Part shown: piece by piece, positions 1 through 12,000 of the stretch
Layout: the number at the start of each line of letters is the position of its first letter
Position numbering within the stretch: the stretch's first letter is position 1
Assembly: GCF_964204865.1 (NCBI RefSeq)
Contig: NC_135257.1
Span: 11,904,001-11,968,000, forward strand
Reading direction: 5' to 3'
DNA: 64,000 nucleotides
Source: Styela clava
Taxonomy: Eukaryota
The notes under the pieces: model-generated
Told to the model about the DNA's origin: nothing
Databases searched by the model: none
The model's input: only the letters and a program-made list of their open reading frames with translations
Program-made: the position numbers and the translations under genes

Positions 1-641
1 GGAGACCACACCTCGATAAATCAGCCCTTCATTTTTGCCGAGCTTGCATGAAATTCTCTCAAATTTTGGCTAATCAGGGATAGTATTGTTACGCAATAGA
101 TAGTGAAAAAAATAACTTTCCATTATTATTGTCAATAATCTCAATTGATTGTCCAATTTTGTATTTGGATATTAAAAAACTCATTCTCGCCAGTGTGACG
201 TCTAATTAAAAAAAGCAATTCCAATTTATATTGTATGGGTACTTTGACATCTTAATTTCCCAGAAAAAGAACGCTTATCATAGAAATTAGATTTTATTAG
301 GGTTCGGAAGCAAGTAATCCACAAACAAAAATGATTTACTTATTATGCAACAATACGATGATAGTATCTTACATCCTTGTATTGTGTTTATATTATTATT
401 ATTTATTAGTATAATGAATCAGACGTTGGTGCTGACGTTCTTGCGTTCTTGCATTATTTCCAAATAGGATATTGTGAAGAATTCACGAATAACCAGTCGT
501 TCGTTTTAGTAATAGTTGATTGTTTTTATGGAGCTTCACGATGGCATTATATTGTAAAACACGTGATTTGCTATGTAAACCTGATTGAGCCAATGAGCCA
601 ATATTACATATTGATTTCAGTATATATATTCTTACATACAG

Positions 642-3600
642 AAGCTGCAGCAAGTGTTCATTTATGTGGATTTTCGACTTCTTTATTTTTTGATGAATCA
701 TCCAGTGAGTGCAATATGTCCTATCCCAGTGGAACATTATCAGAAGATGGATTTGGACAAGTGGTTGCAATTTCTCAAGATGGAAATATGAAGGTATATG
801 ATGCAATGATGCGGACTCGCACTCGAGATTTGTGTCTAGGTTCACACTGAGGAAAAACCATAACCATAGAGAATGTATAATATTAACAGAAATATCTTTG
901 TTTGTTACTCCGTGCGTTTTGGCAATATTTTTTAAAAAATTTGTACAAAGAGACCACATATTAAATTGCAGAACTTCTAAAACAAAGTTCGATTCCATGC
1001 GCATAAACAGTGTTCCCAAACATATTAAATAAGACCGCCATCAGAATCACAACTAAATTTAGAATATCAATAGTGAATAATAATCAAACACGTCATATAT
1101 GTGGTGTTAGAAGGAGTCGAATATAATATCCATTCAGACATATCTTTGAAATTCCAAATATGTCTACATTCAGGCATGCTCACCTACGAAAAAACAAGTA
1201 TGTGACAACAATTACTATTCTCCTGGATTTTGTTACGTATCTTCTGATTCCGGATCATCCTGGACAAAAGATGCGCAGACTGATCAACTACGTAAAACTT
1301 ACCTAATCTGCTTTTTTGGGGAATGGTGTAAATTAAATCGGTGAAAAATTCCAAAATAAAAACTAGAAAACATCCTAAAAATTGGAAAACCCTGTATTTT
1401 TTCGATCAGAATTGATATCTAAACTTTAAAATCCGCTAAGCATGTTTTAAAAATTCCTTAACTAAATTTGTTTGCATATTTTTTTCGCAATGTATGACAA
1501 CCTGACATTTCAGGTTGTCCAGCCGGGCACGTTGACGTGTTGTTCGTGATAGATGGATCAAGGAGTGTAGAGGAAGCCAATTTTCAAATCGTAATTGCCT
1601 GGGTGAAGAATGTCACAAAAAAACTCGATTTAGAAAGCGGTCATACCAGTGTTGGCGTTGTTCAGTATTCTTCCTACAACCCGGGGTTTGTAATTTGTAA
1701 TCAGCGAAACTATATATATGTATATACTAAATAACCATTAATAAAAAATTTGACAAAAAATGAAAAGTAATCGATAAATAACAACAGTTGTTTTCTGATT
1801 AAACTTGAACGTTTGTTATTCATACCATATAAATTAAAATAGTATTATTTTGCGCTGTTTCAGACAACCAATAAACGATCAAACATACATAAAGACGGAA
1901 ATCGAAATAGGACAGGAAACTAATCAGACTTCCTTCGAGGTATGATTCAATTTTAACTGATTCAGTTTCAGAGAAATTTTCTACTAAAATATAAATTTAT
2001 TAAGAAAATTTGATCAGATAAATTGCGTTGAAAGAAAATAACATATGTTTACGATAGGTACCACATCTGCAGATCACAAAATTGATAATATTTTCAATGT
2101 ACTGTTTCAGGCAGCAGTTGGCAATATTTCATATTACCAATTTACAACACCTACAGGTTATGCATTGAGAAAAGTGATGTTTGATTTCAATGGAACCAAA
2201 AATTACGGCAGTCATAACAATAAACAAGTAATGATTCTACTCACTGATGGAAAGTAAGATATATTAAACACAAGATAAAATATTTACATATTACATTAAT
2301 CAAAATCAAATTGCTACAAACATTTGGAACACCTCCTTTGACACGCCTCCTTTCCTATGTTGATTTTTTCGATTTCCGTTCCCCAGAAATTACTCGCAAG
2401 TTAGCCTACAATAAATGTCCCACGCGCCACAGTATAGAAACTTGTATTTAGTATAAAATTACAATTATCTTCATATTTTACCCCACCTTCAAATGGAAAC
2501 TTCAACATAAATCTCGCTTTTCAGAGCTAATGCGGCAGATCAAGAATTTATTCCAGAAGCCGCCGCTGCGCTGCGTGATATGGGAGTGATAATTTTTAGT
2601 GTGGGGGTTGGAGATGCGCAACCAACCGAATTGCAGGTAAAAATAAAGTATATAATTATTGTTTTTATGATAATCAGTTTTCTATAGCACATATTTATTT
2701 GTGATATGAACACTTGTAAACAACGTAAAACTTATTTCTACTAATTTTATTTTAATTTAATAAAGCACCGAGATAGCATGTCGGCGGTGTTGTCCATTGT
2801 GCTGAGTCATTCCTGCGTGGGTTTGCAAGCTTGAATCCCATGCAGGGCAAATTGTGTGCAAGAGGATTGCTGGACTCCTCGCCGCCGGTTACGTAACCGC
2901 TGGTCGGTTACGGGTTTCTCCGCCATCAAGTCTATGCATTTGAAAACAACAACAAACTGGTAACCGAACCGTGGCCGTGGTTCGCCATATGATGAAGCTC
3001 TTATCGGATTGCCTCACCTCACCGGGATGAATATGTAAATCCTTTCCCTTCCTATCCAATATAAACAAATATTTCAGATCATTGCCAACGGGGCTGAAGG
3101 CAACAACGAAAGAGTAGAACTGCTGACTAACTTTGAAGATTTGGATAGTATTGTAGATGAGTTGGGAACAGAAATAAGAGCGGTCAATCCCGAAGGTAAC
3201 GTGATACAAAAACATGATATGATTTTTCTTATCATATATCGTCAATACTTTTTATACAATACTTTATATATATATTAGTTAAACATCAAATGGGATTTGT
3301 CAAAATCCAAATATTTCCGTAGCGCACTCCCCGCTGTAATTGGAGCATGGTAAACCGTAGTAGTATATATTTACGGGTAAACTATGCGGTGGAAAAATTT
3401 AGCTCATGTGACCCAGAATGGCATCAGCACTACTAATACTACACTCACCTACCTATTCATGTGGTGGTCACGAGAGGGATATTGAGCTGATCATAATTCC
3501 AAGACTTGCGAAATGAGACCATATTAGTTTATTTTTACGTTAGGTGGAGCTGCGGATTTGTACAATCAGACCGGTTTTTCAATCGCTTATAGCAAGAAAA

Positions 3601-3978
3601 ATGGGGTGAGTTACTTGACCTATAACGAACCCATGACAGAGTGGCTAAGAATGAAAACAAACAAGTTGAAATAAATTATTACAACAAATTTAAACTATAA
3701 ATTGTTTGAAAACTTCCATTTTCATTGGCGTAATTCGTTTTGTAGTTTTGAGGGAATCAGTTTGAGCGGTTTTTTGTTTCGTATACTCATTGGTTTTCTG
3801 TATAAATGTAACTTAGATTGTGTCTAGATTCTAATTAAACTAATAAAATGAACCGTGCTGCCCATATGTTCATAAAATCAAATTACAATCGTGCCATCGG
3901 TCCACACTTTTTGAAAATAAAAACTGTATAAATAAACTCACATTTCAGGATTTCATGCTTGTTTTTATGTTTGTGTGA
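642..3978 (+). CDS. Integrin alpha-like protein with I (vWA) domain; 5' end unresolved, apparently truncated after the I domain
   Basis: Phase-compatible GT-AG exons 642-793, 1174-1291, 1514-1685, 1864-1939, 2111-2253, 2525-2636, 3078-3195, 3544-3605 and a possible last exon 3949-3978. They encode an FG-GAP-like segment (DGFGQVVAIS..ACSP...C..NYYSPGFC), the vWA MIDAS DVLFVIDGSRS, VGVVQYS, VMILLTDG, IFSVGVG and the post-I-domain NQTGFSIA motif typical of integrin alphas. Confidence 0.8.
2765..3058 (+). mobile_element. SINE-like repeat (same family as 38549-38900 and 50990-51075)
   Basis: Shares TGCAAGAGGATTGCTGGACTCCTCGCC, CGTAAC.GCTG.TCGGT.ACGG and GGCCGTG.TTC.CCATATGAT with the copy at 38.6 kb. 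Lies in an integrin intron. Confidence 0.65.
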
Positions 3979-4639
3979 GTGTGAAATGGTGTGACTGGTG
4001 TGTGTACGAATTCTTTCATCGGCTATCGAAATGAAGACGCATCCGATTTTTCGGCGGATTCTGAAGGCTGATCGGTATCATTGCATATTAAGCGTCGTTA
4101 TCCTTTCTCTCTGAAAGTAGGAATTCGGACAGGACATTTCACAAAATATTATTTATGAAAATAAAAACGTGGCGACTGTAACCAAAATTTTACTTCGATT
4201 TTGTCATCAATCGATCTTAATGCATATATTCGCCTGAAAAATATCCCCTTCAATACAAAGTTTGTTTTGAACTCGTTGCGGAGTTAAAAAATATCTGCCG
4301 TATAGGGTATAATGAATCGCGGATGGAATAGATCAGTTGGCTGTTTGGCAAAGATGCAGTCTCGCAGAGACTTTTTGGCATTCAACATTCATGTTTTATG
4401 TGAGTATTTTATTAATTAACTAATATCTGGTACCGGTACCAGTGTAAGTAATTATGAGCAAGGTAGCCAAGCCACTTTTATTCAGATGCCCTTTTCTTCT
4501 CTCAATACAATTACCGATGAAACAGCCGCTAGGTGCTGAGGCGGAGTCGAAATCGTACCCAGGTTGGCTAAGCTTCTTCGTTAGTCGGTTGCTGTATTGA
4601 GCTCATCTTTTGTGATGATATCTCGATCATTTATTAATC

Positions 4640-4695
4640 AGATCAGATTCGGAAATATTCGATTCGAAAATAAAATATTCGAAACTTACATCCCT
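4640..4695. mobile_element. Solo hAT-type terminus (TTCGAA-rich subterminal repeats ending CATCCCTA)
   Basis: GATTCGGAAATATTCGATTCGAAAA...TTCGAAACTTACATCCCTA resembles the ends of the elements at 16167-21804. No partner end was found. Confidence 0.4.
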
Positions 4696-5224
4696 AGACT
4701 CATGGCTAATCTACTCCCTGACTCCTGTACTTCCAAGTACAGAAGTGCTCAAAAAGCTTAGCGCTGTTCTGAATATTACTAATGACAAAATTTCAAAAAA
4801 GTTTTGATACTTCGCTTGTTTTGAATTGTACTTGAAATTTCCTCAGGATGAATATGTAAATCATATCCTAGCAATTCTTAATGCTATTTTACTTTTTCGT
4901 CCGACTAGAGATGAGTGTTGCAAGTGAAAAAAGCTTATTTTCAACCAGCATTGTTCCTAGTGCAGTAGTGTATATACCTACCGTCTACCGATATGTACTT
5001 TTCATCAGTTTGTAATTATTTTAAAAGCAACTCACACTGTTCTGTGTGATGTGAATTGACGTTTTTCTGTGTAAATCTGACTGATAAAGAATATAGCCCT
5101 TACGTTGTTGTAACAATCAGGTTATTACAGAATTAATTTATTCACATACTGTTTTTTAAGAAACTCAAATCTAAAAAATAGCCCGGATATTTTTTAACAA
5201 GTTTTGTGGAAAAGTTGTCACAAG

Positions 5225-7708
5225 ATGTCAGAACCTATGGAGCAGTCGGACGAATATGACTCAAATATATCAGATTATCCATCAAGATGGCTTCATTTAC
5301 GTAAAGTTTTAGAACGTGGTGGGCCATTCTGTCATCCTGATTTTGATCCTTGTCCAGACACTTTGAATTTTATGAAAGCAAATTGCAAAATTTTGGTTAT
5401 TGGTGCTGGAGGTCTTGGATGTGAACTTCTCAAGGATCTTGCATACAGTGGATTTTTGAATATTGAAGTTATTGATATGGATACGATTGATGTTTCAAAC
5501 TTAAACAGACAGTTCCTTTTCAGAGAAAAAGATGTTGGGAAACCCAAAGCTAATGTAGCTGCTGAATTTATTAATAAACGCATTCCAGGTTGTGTAGTAG
5601 TTCCTCATTACTGTAGAATAGAAGATTTTGATGCTGATTTTTATCGGATGTTTCATATTGTAGTCTGTGGTTTGGACTCCATTGTAGCAAGAAGGTTAGA
5701 CTCTCTTAATTTATTATTAGGACACTTTGGCTAATTTTGCAAGCGAATAAGTAGTTAGTTGAATTTGTATTAAAAAATCATCAACTCAAATGCGTCGGTA
5801 TTGTACTGATTTACTACTGTAGTATAATAAATATACAGGGTGGGTGTAAAAAATAGTAACATTTCTTTGTCCCACTCTGTATATTGTGAAACACATGCTA
5901 GGGAATATATTGTAACAGTTTGTGTAATTGATTTTCAGTTTTGATTTGAAGCCTTATTACAAAATGTAACTTAGATAACAGTACAAGCACAGGTGCGTTT
6001 GGAGTTTATATATTTTGCAGCAAAGAAACTTTGGTTTGAATTATTGCTTTGTGAGTTGTTCAATAATGTTAATCTGATTTTTCACAGATGGATTAATGGA
6101 ATGTTTCTGAGTCTACTTGAATTTAATGATCAAGGAGAGCTAGATCAAACAACTATGGTTCCAATTGTAGATGGAGGAACAGAAGGTTTCAAGGGCAATG
6201 TAAGGGTTATACTTCCCGGGATGACTCCATGCATCGAATGCACTCTGGACTTATACCCTCCTCAAGTAAGACCATTATATTTGGATATAAATTTTATGTA
6301 TTTTCTCTTGGCAACAGTGTGTCAATGCTCTATTTTTTTAGTTTTGTGTAGTTGTATGAGACAGAACTTGAATATGTGTCTGAAACCCAATTGAAAAACC
6401 TGATTAAATTGTGATATTTTGTCAATTTGGGGTAAATTTCTATTTCAAATAAAACTTAGAAGCAGCAGCAGAATTTATTCATTCATCCGGAATTATTTTA
6501 TTGTGAATATTAGAATACCTTTTCTCTGATTAAACTGAATTATAATTTAATTCCAGAATATAATTCAAACAGAAAATCACAAAAATGTTGACTTTTTCCA
6601 TAATTATAATTTATATACCTTTACATATAAAGTTGTACGAGTAATTTGAATCATTTTATGAAAACTTGAAACGAATGTCTTCGTTACTTGGTCGCACTAA
6701 ATCCATAAGTATGCTTTAATAATAGAATCCTAGACATATTCCTATGTATGATGGGTTTACTTGGTGTATATTTATTTTAAGGTGAATTTCCCAATGTGCA
6801 CTATTGCTCATACTCCGCGGCTTCCTGAGCATTGTATAGAGTATGTTAAAATCTTGTTATGGCCACAAGAAAAACCATTTGGACTCGATGTTCAAATTGA
6901 TGGTGATGATCCAGTCCATATCAAATGGATTTTCAACAAAGCAGTTGAAAGGGGAAAAGATTACGGAATCGAGGGAGTAACATACAGATTAACTCAAGGT
7001 GTAATAAAGCGTATTATTCCGGCTGTGGCGTCCACTAATGCAGTGATTGCAGCAGCATGCACTTTAGAAGTTTTGAAGCTTGCGTCAAGTTGCTGCATGC
7101 CATTAAATAACTATATGATCTTTAATGACGCCGAGGGAATATACACATATGCATACGAAGCTGAGAAAAAAGAGGATTGTATAGTGTGCAGCCTACGGCC
7201 ACAGAAGCTAAAGTTTCGAAAATCTGACAAGCTGCAAGATGTTCTTGACTATTTGAAGGTGTGTTTTTTGTTTAAGTTGATAAGATACTTAGTAACTCTA
7301 TCAATAAGATGGCTATTCATAGCAATTTAGAATGGATTAAAAGGTTAGTTCAGATCAATGTTTTTGTCTTGGTGTGAAGTAAACTTCCCAAATACAGTGC
7401 TTGTCACTTTGACATTAAATAGATCTTCCGTCAATAAAAAACATTCCGAGAACTTCCTAATTGCTTGCTATACTGATTTACAGGAGAATTCTGCTTTACA
7501 AATGAGAGCTCCCGGTCTCACTACAAGTGTTGGTGGAAAGAATAAAACTCTTTATATGAGTACGGTCAAATCTATCGAAGTTGCCACAAAACCAAACTTA
7601 CAGAAGACATTGGATGAACTCGACATTCAAAATGGACAAGAAATTGTAGTTGCAGATGCAACTTCACCGAACCCATTAATTTTTAAAATGCAGTATGACG
7701 AAAAATGA
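5225..7708 (+). CDS. UBA3: NEDD8-activating enzyme E1 catalytic subunit
   Basis: Exons 5225-5694, 6088-6265, 6782-7258, 7484-7708. Motifs [41 protein letters not shown], catalytic [26 protein letters not shown] and a C-terminal E2-binding domain. Confidence 0.97.
5836..5879. mobile_element. 44-bp Tc1/mariner-type MITE remnant
   Basis: TA-CAGGGTGGG...CCCACTCTG-TA: 9-bp imperfect TIR with TA flanks, in UBA3 intron 1. Confidence 0.45.
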
Positions 7709-9096
7709 ACCTATCTAGTATAATTATAGGTCTATTATTAGATTTTGATTGGTTTATAAAGTTCCTTTTAATTTGCTGAACTGAGTTTGCTTTCCTGCTG
7801 CTAGTCGAAGCTGTGATTGAAAACTTTGCACTGTCGATTTTGTTGTGAATTAGAAACGATGATGTGAAACCGGTATTTTACATATCTCATATCTCTCGCA
7901 TTCTCATTTTTCTTCCATCTGCAATCTCTGAATAAATTATGTAGTCTTAATGAAGATAATTGTGAGGAGTATAGTTTTTCTTCTACATGCAATATGGTCC
8001 AACTTCGCTTCACTGGATGCAATAAACAGCTTTATTTATTTACTGGGTCTGATTTCGCTTGACTGAATTTAAAAATGCAATGAACATCTTGATTTATTTT
8101 CTGGAGTCGCTCCACAACATTTTCACTATCAGTTCTGGCCATGCTTCGTTTACTGAGATAATTTACCGTTAGGAGGAAGTGGTTTTTTCAATGAGTTGTT
8201 TGTTCTGCAGAAGACTTTCCTACAACTCTTGTAATTTCCTAGACTTACTTGCATATATTTTGGACTAGAAAATGGGGACATTTTACCTTGTATGAGAATA
8301 ATAATGCATACGAGTAAGTACTCGCATTAAGCAGTTTTCCATGTTATTTTAGTATGTATACTTCAATAAAATTATGAATCGTGTCAATTTGTAGTGTTTG
8401 TGTACCACAGCAAAGTTAGTTCTTATCTGGATAGGCCTGCAATAAGGTCACCTAGTCAGTCCCAGAAAGGTAATGCGAATCAACAGACAACTCAATGCAG
8501 TATTTTGAACCATGAATGGAGGAAGACCATACTCGTCTACACCAAAACTACTTTCACCTGCGGCTCCTAGTTTTCGGAGCTCTGGCTTCCGTGAATCAAG
8601 TGGTCACAGCAGATTTTGTTAAAGGCAAACAGTGGGGATTCAATGGAAGGTAGAGCATAAAGCCAAATATTTCTCAATAATTACACATCAGTTCACAAAT
8701 TGCAAGGCGCGAGCAGTAAATTAGGTGATTCAAATCTGTCTATAAACCAGGGCTGGGTCAATGCACGCTGGCTCAAAATCACACAAGTATATTCAAACTA
8801 ATTCATTCAGCTTGTTCTTATTAAGAACTAAACTATTGCATCATAAGTGATTTTATGAGCTTTGGTTGCCTTCTTGATGCAAAAGGTTGCCGACCCGTGA
8901 CCTACGGTACATCATACACAATCATATATATGTCAGTGAGAATATTTATTGAACAATAAAGTGTCGAAATATGAAAAATAAGTTATTTAAGTAAGTCCAA
9001 ACGAGAGAAATGCATCATTATAGCAACTCGTTGCAACACCACGTCTACTGACTTCACTTCATAGTCTCTGATACCATTGAATTGCAGCCTGATCAT

Positions 9097-12000
9097 TCAC
9101 CATGAATCAACAAGTTCCTTCATACTGTTCAATTTTTTAACAGAATCTTGAATCTTCTGACCCCTGACAATTTAAACATTATTCCATTTAGTATAACCGT
9201 AGAAACCTATCATATTAATGTTAGGAATTTTTATATAGTAATACGAAGGGGGTATATCATCAAATAGTGATGTATGTGCATGGTGAGTATATATTTGGAA
9301 TATAAGTGACAAGTGCTCTTTTCTTAGTCAATGCATGTCCACAATTTTGATATCAATTCATTTACCTGTATTTTACTGAATAACTGTTTATAAACATGTT
9401 AACAATTTTTTCACAAAAAGTTCCTCAGTTATGCCATTGTTGAACCGTATATATATTCACCATGTAACTTCAATGGAGGTGAGACAAGGTAGGACAAAGT
9501 ATGTTTTTCACTATGAGAAGGGACCTCAAAAAAGGAGATATTGTGTCTTTGAAACGACCAAAGCAACTTGGTGAATGGTAAAAAAATAACTTCAAGAGAA
9601 CAAAAGATCAACATACTCTTCCAACAAAATATCTTTGAATTTTTGTACTTGTACAGAACTTCCAACGGATGGAGTTCTTTGCCTTCTTGTGCTGTTTAAT
9701 TTTTCATCCTCAAAGTGCTGTTTGTTTTGATAGTCGTGTTTGGTCTTCACTTGTTTGATCCTGTTTTCCAAGTGTTTCATTCTATCTGATATATTTCTTA
9801 ATTCTTTTGACATTTCAATTTCAGCCTGTAAAAGTTTGTCATTTTCCAACTTTAATTTCCATTCACCATTACTAATAATACAAAATGATGTTAATATTAA
9901 TTTGAAGTCTGATTTCTGAAAAATCCTTGGTCATATAGGATAAAATGGAATGGGCTTTCGTAATCATTATGGTACTAAACACATATTCAGTTGTAATTGT
10001 TAGACACATTTATGGGCCATACCTTCGACAAAACTGGAACTTTGGACTGAGTTTGTTTTAGAACCATAGCTAGTCTTTCTGACAAAATTTCTTGCTGATC
10101 AACACAATCTTCAAACTTTTCCGCAAGTTGTTCAGCAGTTTTCGTCAAATCCGACCTGAAATGTTGCAACATGGTAATTCTGAAGACTTGAATAGTAAAA
10201 ACAATTAAGGGCTAGACGGTCTGCCCTGGTTACCTTCATATTTTGTTACTGTATATTGCATTATATTCAGCATTTAAAAAAATTTGTTATACCAAGCATT
10301 ACACAGGTTTTAGCACAAAAAATACATGCGTACATTAACAAATGAAAAATGGGACATTTAAGCCTGATTGATAGAATACACTGTCAACAAATGTAGTAAA
10401 ATTCTCTATATCAAAAATTTAAATAATTAAGAATTTCTTATACAATCTTAATAACATTCATTAAATTCTGTGAGCCATTTTGTTTACTATTAATTGTACG
10501 CATAATTTGCACAAATTCGGTATTACAATAGCAATAAATATAATATGACAAGAAAGGTTTTCGCTACTTTGCAATACAGAATAATTCCCAACTGAAATGA
10601 TTAGACGAAGGGAATATAATAGAGTCAGTTGTGCAAAATTCTGTGTTCTAAAGTCGCATAAAATTTTGGTCTATCACCTTCATCTATTCATTTCTGTAAC
10701 AAATTTATTCAGTATTGCAAAGTATCAAAACTATTTTCTGTATACCTTTTTTGTTTGAGCTTATCCAGATCATCCAATTGTTGTTGCTTCTGCTGTGCTA
10801 GTAACCGTGCTCGTTTCATGATAGCATCTTGAGCAATTTTTTGTTTCAAAATATATTCTTTCCTCAGTATTTGAGTTACTCTACCTATGAGACGACTAGC
10901 TTCAGAGTCCATTACGGTATCCCTTGAAGATGCCTCATACCTGTCAAAATAACGATTTTCTGGTATAATATGTTAATTTGGCGCAGTAAGATAATAATTT
11001 ACACAATAAAAAATGCAATGACCATACACCAGCTTACCTCAAAATGGGTTGAGAAGAATCTCTTTGAAGTATAGACCTGAAAACATGATAAATATATAAG
11101 TCTGATTCACAATTAATACGGTAACTATACAAATGTCAGTTATCCCGCATAAAGTAAGATTAAAATCAACAAACCTTATATGATCTTGGAAATCCATCAG
11201 ATTCATCGTTGAAGTCTGTATGGATGAATCATTGTCTGAAGTAAGTGGAACTATAGTGTCGTCATCATATGAAGGCAGTGGAGGTGGTGTTGGCTTGAAA
11301 ATAGTTCTGAACACAACTTGAATTAAGTAAAAAAACATATGCAGAACATTGGAATTTATCAACAAAAACCTTAAATCTAACGCCAACAGCAAGAATCCAC
11401 TCAGCAAATTAGAATAGGAATAAAGACAATATACTATACGTACAATAAAGGAACAGCCATACAATGATTATCAGCAGTTAGGCAAAGTAGAGAAGGCCCA
11501 AATAGTGGATTTGTTGCAAATGTGAAACCTTTCAATAAACAAGGAGCACTTGATGGAGTTGGTTTAGTACAGACTATATGTTCGACAATGCATGGTTGAT
11601 CCTGAAAAAAAAAACGAGAATATCATATAGTAATAATAGCAATTAGCAAGAGCAGCAAAAAATCTAAAATTAAACTCAACGCTTGTTTTTTACATTAAGT
11701 TGAGCAAAGCAAACTTAACAATTATTCTCAGTGATCAGAGACTATAGCTTGAAATCATGAAAAAAAGACTCACTTGAGCTATTTCATTCAAGTTATCTTT
11801 ATCCTCGTCAGCAGCTTCAAAAAACTCTGTTAATTTATCAATCCATGGCAAAACAACAGCATGAACACCCACTCTAGTGCAGCAATGGTAACGACAATAT
11901 AACAATGGATCTGTAAAATGGAGAAACATGAATTTGGTTCAGAGATTCGAAGTCTGGGAATGTTTACCGTTGACGCCGAATCAGTTTCCCTTGCCGATAT

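Noticed and set aside
483-1019. 178-aa minus-strand ORF
   Set aside because: Antisense to an integrin exon and intron, with no recognisable motifs.
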